Assembly (NCBI GenBank): GCA_020724555.1 | Contig: DYGT01000002.1 | Location: 40,271 to 104,270 of the forward strand | Direction: 5' to 3' | Length of the DNA stretch: 64,000 nt | Source: Candidatus Microgenomatus sp. | GTDB taxonomy: Bacteria > Patescibacteriota > Microgenomatia > UBA8517 | Part shown: positions 29,029 to 38,206 of the stretch, piece by piece | How the letters are laid out: every line of letters starts with the position of its first letter | Position numbering within the stretch: position 1 is the first letter of the stretch | Notes under the pieces: model-generated | What the model was told of the DNA's origin: nothing | Database searches by the model: none | Seen by the model: the letters and a program-made list of their open reading frames with translations, nothing else | Program-made: the position numbers and the translations under genes

Positions 29029-29277
29029 ATGGCACATAAAAAGCAAGGCGGAAAAACCACGCAACATAAAAGACCGAACCCAAAATATTTGGGTGTAAAA
29101 GTTAGCCATGGGCAGAGTGTCACACCAGGCATGATTTTAGTACGTCAAAGAGGAACAAAATTTAAAGCCGGAGAAAATGTCAGGGTCGGGCGTGATCACA
29201 CATTATTTTCAATGGCAACTGGAAAAGTGGTTTTTGAAGAGAAAGCCGGCCGTAGTTTTGTAAATGTATTTGCCTAA
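29029..29277 (+). CDS. rpmA: 50S ribosomal protein bL27
   Basis: [17 protein letters not shown] and GRDHTLF motifs; TTGACA-17-TATATT promoter at 28989-29017. Confidence 0.97.
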   Translation: MAHKKQGGKTTQHKRPNPKYLGVKVSHGQSVTPGMILVRQRGTKFKAGENVRVGRDHTLFSMATGKVVFEEKAGRSFVNVFA

Positions 29278-29281
29278 AAAT

Positions 29282-30166
29282 ATGGCTGAAGAAGTAATAC
29301 AAATAGACATTAATGAATTGCAACCCAATCCGCTGCAGCCCCGGGGAGCGATAACTCCGGAATCCCTCGTTGATTTGGTTGATTCCATTAAAGAACACGG
29401 AATACTCGAACCACTAGTTATTGCCAAAACTCCGGCAGGATTTCAAATAATCGCGGGTGAGCGGCGCTGGAGAGCGTCCAAGCTTGCCGGATTAACCCAT
29501 GTTCCCGCGATTGTTCGTGAAACATCACCAAAAGGGATGCTGGAGATGGCTTTGGTAGAAAATGTCCAAAGAGTAGACCTTAACGCTTTAGACCGTGCGG
29601 CCGGTTTTGAGAGGCTTATGAACGAATTTGGCTTGACCACAAGCGAAATAGCTGTGCGTATTGGAAAATCTGTAGCATACGTCAGCAACTCCATGCGCCT
29701 TTTAACACTACCCGATGCTTTAAAAGACGGTTTGCTATCCGGCCTTATAACAGAAGGCCACGCACGTGCGCTTGCATCCATAGACGATCCCGGCTTGATG
29801 GTGGAAGCATACAAGATTATCCTCAAAGAAAACGGCTCAGTCAGGCGGGCAGAAGAGCTTTCCCGGAGAATGAAGGCTAAATCCCAACAAGCCCCGAAGC
29901 CCAGAGCTAATATACACAATTTACAAGTAGTTTCCGAAGATATTGACCGCATCCAGGCTGACTTAAGTAGTGCCCTTTCTAAAATCGGCGGTGGCGATGA
30001 AAGTAACCCGAGAAATACACAAGTAAAGTTAACTCGATCCAGAAGCCAAACTAAACTGATGTTTGTTTTTAAAGGGTCGCTTGAGGAAACAGAAGAAAAA
30101 CTTCAGACAATTTATAGAAGTATATTAGAATCATCGCCTCACGAAGAAAATAACCCGGAAAATTAA
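29282..30166 (+). CDS. parB: ParB/Spo0J partition protein
   Basis: NPLQPR, IIAGERRWRA, LVENVQR, HTH and EGHARAL motifs; alternative start at 29264. Confidence 0.92.
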   Translation: MAEEVIQIDINELQPNPLQPRGAITPESLVDLVDSIKEHGILEPLVIAKTPAGFQIIAGERRWRASKLAGLTHVPAIVRETSPKGMLEMALVENVQRVDLNALDRAAGFERLMNEFGLTTSEIAVRIGKSVAYVSNSMRLLTLPDALKDGLLSGLITEGHARALASIDDPGLMVEAYKIILKENGSVRRAEELSRRMKAKSQQAPKPRANIHNLQVVSEDIDRIQADLSSALSKIGGGDESNPRNTQVKLTRSRSQTKLMFVFKGSLEETEEKLQTIYRSILESSPHEENNPEN

Positions 30167-30720
30167 AAAGTTATTTCATTTTTTACAACGCCGGCTTCGG
30201 TTGGAGGCCAATACACAAACCAGGCTTTGCCTGTAATTTTGTCTAAAGTTACATATCCAAAACGGCGCGAATCTAAAGAATGAGGCCGGTTGTCCCCCAT
30301 AACAAAATACGAATTTTCGGGTAAAGTAATTTCTTCACCTTCTTTTAAAAATGACCCGTTTTGTGTTGGTATTTCGTCGGGTATATAGTTTTCCTCAAAC
30401 AAATTTCCGTTTATATAAATTTTATTGTCTTTTATCGATATGGTTTCACCGGGAAGTGCAATAATCCTTTTAATAAATTCTTCTTTATAATCCGGTGGGG
30501 CTTTAAATACGATAACGTCACCGCGTTTTGGTTCATTAAAACGATAGCTGATTTTATCCGTCAATAAATATTCGCCGTCATGAAAATTGGGTTCCATTGA
30601 CGAACCTTTAATTTTGTGAGGCTGAAGAATTAATAAATAAAGAAACAAAAAAATTGAAATTGCAAAAACGACAATTTCAATGATTTCCAAAAAAAACGCG
30701 CCAAGTTGTTTAATAAACAT
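30163..30720 (-). CDS. lepB: Signal peptidase I
   Basis: GSSMEP (catalytic Ser), FIKRIIALPGE (catalytic Lys) and MGDNRPHSLDSR motifs. Confidence 0.95.
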   Translation of the reverse strand: MFIKQLGAFFLEIIEIVVFAISIFLFLYLLILQPHKIKGSSMEPNFHDGEYLLTDKISYRFNEPKRGDVIVFKAPPDYKEEFIKRIIALPGETISIKDNKIYINGNLFEENYIPDEIPTQNGSFLKEGEEITLPENSYFVMGDNRPHSLDSRRFGYVTLDKITGKAWFVYWPPTEAGVVKNEITF

Positions 30721-30807
30721 CTTGTAATTATATTACTTTATAAAAATTATTTAAACCAGACAGTTTATGAAATTTTCTATAATTTAATGTTAAAATATAC
30801 ATATTTC

Positions 30808-30881
30808 GGTCGCGTAGCTCAGTTGGTTAGAGCGTTCGATTCACATTCGAGAGGTCCCTGGTTCGAGTCCAGGCGCGACCA
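30808..30881 (+). tRNA. tRNA-Val(CAC)
   Basis: GGTCGCG/CGCGACC acceptor stem, TTCACAT anticodon loop, CCTGG-TTCGAGT-CCAGG T arm; CCA not encoded. Confidence 0.93.
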
Positions 30882-30913
30882 CAAAATATGGTTAGTTATA
30901 TGTATAATTGGTT

Positions 30914-32617
30914 ATGGCCTTAAGCACTTCACCCCAAAAGCAAAAATATTTACGGCAATCTGATGGTGAAGCCTCCCTTACTAACCAACAAAATCTGGCT
31001 TCCTGGTTTGGTGAAAAATCCGGAGTGATAGCACTTATCTCCATGCTCATTTTTTTGGTTTATTTAAATGCGTTAGATAACGCATTGGTTTCCGATGACA
31101 TCTACGGTCTGGTCCAAAACCCCAGTATCGGAAGTTTTTCTTTAGTTACTACCAACCTGTTTAGGTTTATGCGCGAATTGTTTTATTTTGTGATCTATAA
31201 TATCTCAGGCACAACGCCGTTTTTGTACCGTTTGGGGAATATCTTGTTTCACTTGGGTACCAGCATAATTTTGTATGCCTTTGTTTCACGCCGTGTCAAC
31301 GAAAAGGCCGGTTTAATAGCCTCGTTCATCTTTGCCGTACACCCCGTGGTCGTTGAATCTGTAACCTGGATATCCGGAGGTGTGTATGCGCAATACGGAT
31401 TTTTCTTTATGCTTTCCTTATTTCTTTACAGCGAATCTGCTCGCTGCAAAAAGCTATACATTTGGTCTTTAATTTTTTTTATCATGTCTTTGTTTAGTTC
31501 GGAAAAAGCCTTTGTGTTGTCGCCAATATTTATTTTGTGGGAATATGTCTGGGGTAAGCCAAAACAGTATCAACGCTGGCTTCCTTTTGTTGCCTTATCG
31601 GCGCTGTGGTTTTTAATGTTTATAGGTTTAGGCGGAATATTGGGGCAAAGAAATATGGATTTGACTACCCAGTTTTACCAGGAAGGATCCCGATTTTATA
31701 ACCCCTTAATTCAATTGCCGGCAGCAATAAGTACTTATGCTAGGTTAATTTTTTATCCTATGAGTTTGTCTTTTTATTATTCCGAGTTTAGCTTTAGCGA
31801 AATAGAATACGCTGCCCGGGTTATTTTTAGTTTAATTGTTATCGGTTTGTATGTCCTAAGCTTTTTTAAAAACAAAAAAATTTTTTTCTTCTTGTCTTTA
31901 TCTCTCGTCAGTCTCAGCCCGTTTCTGACTCCTCTAAGAATTGCCTGGGTAGTAGCTGAGCGCTATGCTTATTTAGCTACCCTTGGGGTAATATCCGGTG
32001 TGTCCGTTTTCATTTATAAATATCTAAAATATTTACCCCAATGGATATTTTGGACGTTAATTGCGGTAATTATTAGTTTATTTTCTGTTCGTACCATATT
32101 GAGAAATAACGCATTCCAAAATGAAGACAATTTATGGCTCGCGACGGCAAAAACAGCTCCAAGTGACCCCAAAACCCACAATAATCTGGGAGATTATTAT
32201 GCACGCCACCGGGATTACGATAGCGCAGTCCACGAATTTACAAGGGCAATTGAACTTAACCCAAACTATGCGGATGCCTACCACAACCGCGGCTTGACAT
32301 ACATGCAAAAAGGGGACTCAAACAAGGCAATTTCTGATTATTTAAAAGCCATAGAACTAAATCCCGGCTTATGGCAAAGCTACCGCAACTTGGCTGGGGT
32401 GTACTTTGGGGAGGGACAATTTGAGTCGGCCTTGGATTATATGCAAAAAGCAATAGAAATAAATCCCGATGAACCACATTTATGGACTAATTTAGGTGCA
32501 ATTTATCTAAAATTAAAGCAAAAAGAGAATGCTATTCTTGCATTTGAGCGCGCACTTGCTCTTAATCCCGACGATCAGGTAGCAACAAAAGGTTTGATGG
32601 AAGCAAATAAATTATAA
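30914..32617 (+). CDS. Multi-TM glycosyltransferase-like (TMTC/GT-C) protein with C-terminal TPRs
   Basis: VSDD in the first loop; YRLGNILFH, FAVHPVVVESVTWIS, SKE-like SSEK and AERYAY motifs; about five TPRs. Confidence 0.8.
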   Translation: MALSTSPQKQKYLRQSDGEASLTNQQNLASWFGEKSGVIALISMLIFLVYLNALDNALVSDDIYGLVQNPSIGSFSLVTTNLFRFMRELFYFVIYNISGTTPFLYRLGNILFHLGTSIILYAFVSRRVNEKAGLIASFIFAVHPVVVESVTWISGGVYAQYGFFFMLSLFLYSESARCKKLYIWSLIFFIMSLFSSEKAFVLSPIFILWEYVWGKPKQYQRWLPFVALSALWFLMFIGLGGILGQRNMDLTTQFYQEGSRFYNPLIQLPAAISTYARLIFYPMSLSFYYSEFSFSEIEYAARVIFSLIVIGLYVLSFFKNKKIFFFLSLSLVSLSPFLTPLRIAWVVAERYAYLATLGVISGVSVFIYKYLKYLPQWIFWTLIAVIISLFSVRTILRNNAFQNEDNLWLATAKTAPSDPKTHNNLGDYYARHRDYDSAVHEFTRAIELNPNYADAYHNRGLTYMQKGDSNKAISDYLKAIELNPGLWQSYRNLAGVYFGEGQFESALDYMQKAIEINPDEPHLWTNLGAIYLKLKQKENAILAFERALALNPDDQVATKGLMEANKL

Positions 32618-32619
32618 AA

Positions 32620-33834
32620 ATGGGTTACAAAAAAGAAACTTTAAAAGGAGTGCGTTGGGTGGGTGCCCTGAGGGGATCTACCCGCATTGTTTCATTTATT
32701 AAAACCATAATCATCGCTCGTATTCTTGCACCAGAAGACATTGGCCTTTATACCATCGCTTTTTTTATGCTCGCACTTATGGAAGTATTAACTGAAACAG
32801 GCATCAACGTGGTCCTTTTACAAAAAAAAGGAGGTGCAGAAGCGTATATTTCGACAGCTTGGATTATTTCAATCATCCGCGCTCTCATTATATTTATGGT
32901 ACTTTTTATTACTTCCCCCTACATCGCATTGTTTTTTAACATGCCCCAAGCTGTTGGCTTAATTAAATTAATTTCAATTGTTCCTCTTATGCGGGGATTT
33001 ATTAATCCTTCAATCATACTTTTTCAAAAAAGACTTGAGTTTAACAAAGACTTTATTTTCAGGTTTACAATCTTTCTTTTTGACGCTTTGGTAGCAATCT
33101 TGGCCACACTATACTTAAATAATGCATACGGCTTAATTATTGGTTTGATAGCGGGTGTGATCTTGGAAATTATTTTGTCTTTTGTTATGGCTCGTCCATG
33201 GCCTACACTTGTTTTTGAAAAAGACAAAGCCCAAGAAGTTGTAAACCGGGGAAAATGGATGACGGGAGCAGGGATTTTTCAATACTTATTTCGCGAAGGC
33301 GACGACGCAGTGGTCGGCCGTTTATTGGGTGGTACGGCCCTTGGTTATTATCAAATGGCATACAAAATTGCCACTCTGCCCATTAGTGAAGTCGCTGATG
33401 TATTTGCCAAGGTGACTTTGCCAATCTATGTAAAAATGTCTAATGACAAGACACGCCTAAGAAAAGCTTTTTTACAAACGACCATGGTTGTATCCGCGTT
33501 TTCTCTTATGTTTGGTGCGGTTTTGATTATTTTTGCCCATCCGATCGTAAATATTTTGCTTGGAAAAAAATGGCTGCCCGCAGTTCCGGCGCTTCGGATT
33601 GTATCTGTTTATGCGATTATCAGAGCTGTCATTCAGCCTGCTTTTACACTACTTTTGGCGTTAAATAAACAGGAAAAGGTCACGACAATAACTTTAGTTG
33701 GAATTATAGCTATGTTTATATTTATCTTACCCATGACGAACGCTTATGGAATTATCGGTACGGCAATTTCTACAATAATTGGCGTCACCGCCATGCTTCC
33801 GTTTATATTTTTTTATGCATTTAAAAACAGTTAA
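32620..33834 (+). CDS. Wzx-type polysaccharide flippase
   Basis: IARILAPEDIG, VGRLLGGTALGYY and LLGKKWLPAVP motifs; polytopic membrane protein. Confidence 0.85.
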   Translation: MGYKKETLKGVRWVGALRGSTRIVSFIKTIIIARILAPEDIGLYTIAFFMLALMEVLTETGINVVLLQKKGGAEAYISTAWIISIIRALIIFMVLFITSPYIALFFNMPQAVGLIKLISIVPLMRGFINPSIILFQKRLEFNKDFIFRFTIFLFDALVAILATLYLNNAYGLIIGLIAGVILEIILSFVMARPWPTLVFEKDKAQEVVNRGKWMTGAGIFQYLFREGDDAVVGRLLGGTALGYYQMAYKIATLPISEVADVFAKVTLPIYVKMSNDKTRLRKAFLQTTMVVSAFSLMFGAVLIIFAHPIVNILLGKKWLPAVPALRIVSVYAIIRAVIQPAFTLLLALNKQEKVTTITLVGIIAMFIFILPMTNAYGIIGTAISTIIGVTAMLPFIFFYAFKNS

Positions 33835-33836
33835 TT

Positions 33837-34604
33837 ATGTTAAGCGCCGTGATATTAACTAAAAACGAAGAGAATAAAATCGCAGCCCTTATTAAAAGTT
33901 TGAAATTTGCAAAAGAAATAATTGTCATAGACGATTATTCTTTGGATAACACGGTAAGTATTGCAAAGAAAAACGGCGCAATCGTCTTCAAGCACCATTT
34001 AAACGAAGATTTTGCAGCACAAAGAAATTATGCGTTGAGAAAGGCAAAATTCAAGTGGGTATTTTTTGTAGATGCCGATGAATTTGTAAGTGAAGCGTTG
34101 GCGCGGGAAATTGTAAAAAAAGTTAATGAGAACCTCTACAGCGGCTTTTATTTAAAGAGAAAAGGCCGCTTTATGGGAAGGCAAATGAAATGGGGAGAGT
34201 GGTCAAATTCACAAATACTGCCAAAATTTGGTCACAACAAGTTATTGCGTTTGGCGAAAAAAGACTGCGGCCGGTGGGTGCGCCCGGTGCATGAATACTG
34301 GGACGTTAAAGGCCCCGTGGGAGAGCTTACCAACAGCTTAATTCATGAAAGCGATAAAAATTTAAAGGAAATAATAAGTTCTCTTAATTTTCAAGCCCGC
34401 CTTCATTCAGTGGCTAACAAAAAAGAAGGGAAAAAAGCAAATATTTTTAAAATTGTGTTTTACCCTCCCTTAAAATTTGCAGTCAATTATCTTTGTAAAA
34501 TGGGGTTTCGTGACGGTACACATGGCTTTATCCACGCGTCGCTCATGAGCTTCCATTCTTTTTTGGCATGGAGTCAACTTTATCTAAACCAAAAACAAAA
34601 ATAA
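33837..34604 (+). CDS. Glycosyltransferase family 2
   Basis: LTKNEE, IDDYSLDNT, FAAQRN, VDADE and PVHE motifs. Confidence 0.92.
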   Translation: MLSAVILTKNEENKIAALIKSLKFAKEIIVIDDYSLDNTVSIAKKNGAIVFKHHLNEDFAAQRNYALRKAKFKWVFFVDADEFVSEALAREIVKKVNENLYSGFYLKRKGRFMGRQMKWGEWSNSQILPKFGHNKLLRLAKKDCGRWVRPVHEYWDVKGPVGELTNSLIHESDKNLKEIISSLNFQARLHSVANKKEGKKANIFKIVFYPPLKFAVNYLCKMGFRDGTHGFIHASLMSFHSFLAWSQLYLNQKQK

Positions 34605-35695
34605 CCAATTTACTATTTTTTTTATGCTTGGCAATATTCCCTTTCGGGCAAATACCTGCTTTTGTCTTTAATGCTGATGTGCTTGGATTTCGCTTTCACC
34701 TTTTGGATTTATTGGTCTTAATTTTGTTTATGCTATCTGTCTTCACTACAAAAAAGCTGTGGTTTGCTGAATCCGGCGCATTTGTGCTGACTGCGCTATT
34801 TTCTTATTTGCTCTCGGTTTTTCTGGGCTTTGCCACGCTTAAGGGCTTTTTTTATTTAATCCGCCTAGTTTCTTATTTAAATTTGGCTAACATTACCATT
34901 GGCTTGAAAAAACAAAAAAGAATAATAAAAAATAGTGTTGTTAATTATTTTGTGGCAATAAGCGGGGTAGTTGCTGCTCTCGGGTTGCTGCAGTATTTGT
35001 GGCTTCCCGACCTCACGGCATTAAAATATTACGGTTGGGATGACCACTATTTTCGCCTTGTATCCACTTTTTTGGACCCGGCATTTACCGGAATTATTTT
35101 GGTCTTGGGAATACTGCTGCTTTTAGCAAAAACACAAAAATATAAGTATTTAATGCTAACTTTTTTGGGCATATCTTTGGCCTTAACATTTTCCCGCGCG
35201 AGTTATTTAAGCTTACTGGTAGCAACATTATTTTTCGCCGATTACAAAAAGATAATCAAACCGATATTTTTTACAATTATTGCGATTCTGCTTACCTTGG
35301 CAGTCTCGCCAAAACCAGGGGGTGAAGGAGTAAACCTCGCGCGTACAAGCTCGATCTCAGAAAAAATTACCAATTACAAAACCAGTGCAAAAATAATTGC
35401 CAATTCACCTCTTTTTGGAGTGGGCTACAACAACGTTTGTCTATTTAACAGCGACAATCTTGATGCTAATTCCTGCAGCGGGCTGGATAATAGTTTCTTA
35501 TTTGTTTGGGCAACGACAGGAATTATTGGTCTAATGAGCTTCATATATTTTGTAACTGCAATCTATAAAACTACATTCATCCGGCCTACCTTAATCGCGA
35601 TTTTAATTCACTCACTATTTACAAATACTTTTTTTTATGCGTGGATTATGTTCTGGCTAATGGTCTTGTGGGGAATGTTTAAGGGTGATAATTGA
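34568..35695 (+). CDS. O-antigen ligase/polymerase (Wzy_C) family membrane protein
   Basis: RLVSTFLDP, LTFSRASY, PLFGVGYN and DNS..TTGIIG motifs. Confidence 0.82.
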   Translation: MESTLSKPKTKITNLLFFLCLAIFPFGQIPAFVFNADVLGFRFHLLDLLVLILFMLSVFTTKKLWFAESGAFVLTALFSYLLSVFLGFATLKGFFYLIRLVSYLNLANITIGLKKQKRIIKNSVVNYFVAISGVVAALGLLQYLWLPDLTALKYYGWDDHYFRLVSTFLDPAFTGIILVLGILLLLAKTQKYKYLMLTFLGISLALTFSRASYLSLLVATLFFADYKKIIKPIFFTIIAILLTLAVSPKPGGEGVNLARTSSISEKITNYKTSAKIIANSPLFGVGYNNVCLFNSDNLDANSCSGLDNSFLFVWATTGIIGLMSFIYFVTAIYKTTFIRPTLIAILIHSLFTNTFFYAWIMFWLMVLWGMFKGDN

Positions 35696-36401
35696 CGGTT
35701 ATTTGTGTTTCTGTAGAATTACCCGCACGATCCACCGCGTTAAGAGGTATTACATTTTCGCCATCTGTAAGCTCAATTTTCGTACTAAAACTATAATCAG
35801 ATGATACATATACGGATTTACCTGCTATCTTCAAATCAACGTCTTCATTGGTTTCGCCTTTGATCTCAATTTCCTTTTCACCCCCGGAAAATGTTTGGCC
35901 GTTACCCGGCATTTCAATCGTTATTTCAGGGGCTTTTGTGTCCAAAATTACAATTTCCGGCTCAGATTGATTACTCACATTACCGGCTGTGTCCTTGGCT
36001 TGGGCAATTATTTCATTTTCACCTGCTACCAATTCAAAAGAGAGCCTAAAACCCCCCTCCTTGGTGGCCACCGTTTCTTTTTTGATACCGTTTACCGATA
36101 CGGTAACCAAAGAGCCTGCCTCAGCCACTCCGATAACATCAATATCTTTATCGTTTGTATAGTCGTCCAGGTCCTCAAGGCGCGGTGGTGCCGGCGGTGT
36201 TTTGTCGGTTATTGCCACAGGCGCGTTACTGCCTAAAAGACCGCTTACAAAGCCGGAAAAATCAGATAAAATGCCGATTCCATAAAAAAAGATAAGAAGA
36301 ATTAAACCTATAGTGAGGGCAATATACACAAACGCACTGCGGCGTGCCTTTTGCGCTTCTACTTTTTCAATTCGGCTATAACGCCTGTGTTTGCCTGCCA
36401 T
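35679..36401 (-). CDS. Membrane-anchored protein with two bacterial Ig-like domains
   Basis: TM helix, then DKTPPAPP..GENEI..AKDTAGN and DTKAP..GENVI..AVDRAGN repeats. Confidence 0.82.
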   Translation of the reverse strand: MAGKHRRYSRIEKVEAQKARRSAFVYIALTIGLILLIFFYGIGILSDFSGFVSGLLGSNAPVAITDKTPPAPPRLEDLDDYTNDKDIDVIGVAEAGSLVTVSVNGIKKETVATKEGGFRLSFELVAGENEIIAQAKDTAGNVSNQSEPEIVILDTKAPEITIEMPGNGQTFSGGEKEIEIKGETNEDVDLKIAGKSVYVSSDYSFSTKIELTDGENVIPLNAVDRAGNSTETQITVNYHP

Positions 36402-36430
36402 ATAGCAAAAGTATATCTCACAAGTTCACC

Positions 36431-36508
36431 TGGAGCCAGGAGTGGGGATCGAACCCACGACCTGCGGTTTACGATACCGCTGCTCTACCAGAGCTGAGCT
36501 ATCCTGGC
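36431..36508 (-). tRNA. tRNA-Thr(CGT)
   Basis: GCCAGGA/TCCTGGC acceptor stem, GCGGT-ATCGTAA-ACCGC anticodon arm, encoded CCA. Confidence 0.93.
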
Positions 36509-36579
36509 ATTTTACGGATAACTATAATGCCTTGGCTTGATTATAACAAAATATACCTATTTTAGTGTTACAATAATTT

Positions 36580-36834
36580 ATGAATCTTTACAAAATTCGC
36601 AATTTTATTTTTTCTTTTTTAATCGTTGTTGTCGCTTTACTATTTTTCTGGATGATTTTTGTTAATCCGTGTGACAAATATACTCCCATAAGAGCTGACG
36701 AAAAACGCTGCAGCTGTTTTGGCAAAAAAATAAATTTTGACGAATATTTAGGCAATGATACAAATGAAAAATACGGAGAGGGAATTTGGTATAACTTTTG
36801 TGTTGGCGTTATTACGCTAAAAGCAGGTTATTAA
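36580..36834 (+). CDS. Small membrane-anchored protein with four Cys
   Basis: TM helix, then C..CSC..C; TGtTACAAT 5 nt before the ATG. Confidence 0.65.
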   Translation: MNLYKIRNFIFSFLIVVVALLFFWMIFVNPCDKYTPIRADEKRCSCFGKKINFDEYLGNDTNEKYGEGIWYNFCVGVITLKAGY

Positions 36835-36842
36835 CTATTAAA

Positions 36843-37079
36843 TTACTTCTTTTTATTTACTTTAACTAATTCTTGAGGCTTAATTTTAGCTATCGCAAAT
36901 AAGTAAATTATTTCAGCAATTCCCATTGTATTTAAGATCAAAAGCACTATAAACCATATCTTGTCTGTGCGTCTGGCCGAATGCCACAAGGCAAGCCCTT
37001 TCCAAAAAATCGTCCAAAGCAAAATTAGTAAAAATACTGCTTCATTCCCACCTGTTGTAAATTCATTAAAATTAAACAT
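36843..37079 (-). CDS. DUF5652 family small membrane protein
   Basis: WTIFWKGLALWHSARR..WFI..NTMGIAEIIY motif. Confidence 0.85.
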   Translation of the reverse strand: MFNFNEFTTGGNEAVFLLILLWTIFWKGLALWHSARRTDKIWFIVLLILNTMGIAEIIYLFAIAKIKPQELVKVNKKK

Positions 37080-37124
37080 ATTTTATATTAGTACAAAACT
37101 TTCTGACTTTCATAATTTTTTGTG

Positions 37125-37196
37125 AGCGGTGGAAGGGATTTGAACCCTCGACCTTCTCCTTGGGAAGGAGACATTCTACCACTGAACTACCACCGC
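37125..37196 (-). tRNA. tRNA-Gly(CCC)
   Basis: GCGGTGG/CCACCGC acceptor stem, TCTCC-TTCCCAA-GGAGA anticodon arm, U73; CCA not encoded. Confidence 0.93.
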
Positions 37197-37202
37197 ATAT
37201 TT

Positions 37203-37300
37203 AAATCCCGCAGAGCGGGACGAGCGGGTTTTAATCCCCGAGCCTCCGTGCTCGAAGGAGGATCCAAGGATCCTTCCTTGGGGATGCAAGCCGTTGACTA
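37203..37300 (-). other. GC-rich multi-hairpin element (structured leader or REP-like) upstream of tRNA-Gly
   Basis: ATCCCC/GGGGAT closing stem around two inner hairpins, plus a TCCCGC-TCT-GCGGGA hairpin; lies downstream of TGgTATAAT (37310-37318, minus strand). Confidence 0.5.
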
Positions 37301-37343
37301 ATCTTTAAAATTATACCAGATGTAACACAAAAAGGCTTTAAGT

Positions 37344-37934
37344 TTAGCGGGGGAGAGTAAAAACATTACCGGCGTGGATTATGTCAGGGTTTTTAAGGTT
37401 ATTAGCGCGAGCTATATCTACCCAACGGTAGCCGTCGCCATAAGCGCGTACAGCGATATCCCACAAGGTGTCACCTCGCACCACAGTATATTGCTCGCCT
37501 TCGATTTCATTGATATCGGCTTCCTCGGGTGTGCCGGTAGGTACGGGAGCTTGTGTGGCTATCGGTGTGGCTGTGGCTACAGGGGTAGCCGTTTCCGCTT
37601 GGCCGCGCGAGACAACATCGGGGATTACCAGACTTTGGCCTTCTTCTATAGCATTTGGATTGGGCAAATCATTTGCTTCTTGAATATCTATCCAGTTATA
37701 ACCTGTCTCATAATATTTCTCTGAAATATCCCACAGCGTTTCTCCGCCCTGTACGACATGAGAAGTAGGAAGTGTTCCTTCCTCGGTAGCAATACCATCC
37801 GGCAGCTGAGGCCCAGGCTCTATACCCCTGAAATAATTTATAACTAAAAGTCCTACAACTACAATTACTATCACACCCAAAATCATACTGATTGTGGATT
37901 CATTTAATTTTAGTTGTTTTAAAAGATTCCTCAT
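37344..37934 (-). CDS. Membrane-anchored double-LysM peptidoglycan-binding protein
   Basis: HVVQGGETLWDIS and YTVVRGDTLWDIA LysM domains joined by a Thr/Pro/Ala linker. Confidence 0.92.
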   Translation of the reverse strand: MRNLLKQLKLNESTISMILGVIVIVVVGLLVINYFRGIEPGPQLPDGIATEEGTLPTSHVVQGGETLWDISEKYYETGYNWIDIQEANDLPNPNAIEEGQSLVIPDVVSRGQAETATPVATATPIATQAPVPTGTPEEADINEIEGEQYTVVRGDTLWDIAVRAYGDGYRWVDIARANNLKNPDIIHAGNVFTLPR

Positions 37935-38054
37935 GGATATAACAAATTAATTATGGGGCAAACTTATTTGACATGAATTTAATCTATATTTTTTCACTTG
38001 TCAAGCGTCAAAAATTAGGGCAATTTTAAGATAAGAAGCAATCAATATCCGGGG

Positions 38055-38129
38055 CGGGGCTGACGGGACTTGAACCCGCGACCTTCCGCGTGACAGGCGG
38101 ACACTCTAAACCAACTGAGCTACAGCCCC
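38055..38129 (-). tRNA. tRNA-Asp(GTC)
   Basis: GGGGCTG/CAGCCCC acceptor stem, TCCGC-CTGTCAC-GCGGA anticodon arm, G73; CCA not encoded. Confidence 0.94.
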
Positions 38130-38206
38130 AAACAAATATCAAGGCAATTATAACCCACCGCTTCGTGTGACACAAGACTTTTACTGGTATACTTAAAATG
38201 GAATAA

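Noticed and set aside
30706-30963. 85-aa ORF, and ORFs 36344-36565 and 38026-38226
   Set aside because: They run across tRNA genes and promoters; spurious
31282-31298. TGTTTCACG resembling half a parS site
   Set aside because: The second half does not match and it lies within a CDS
37540-37600. Repetitive GTGGCT tract
   Set aside because: Encodes the Thr/Pro/Ala linker of the LysM protein; not CRISPR or an independent repeat
30808-38129. Three of the four tRNAs lack an encoded CCA
   Set aside because: Common in bacteria with a CCA-adding enzyme
38198-38206. ATG-GAA-TAA minigene between the -10 and the polX start
   Set aside because: Explained by a short AAATGGAA duplication; no evidence of function
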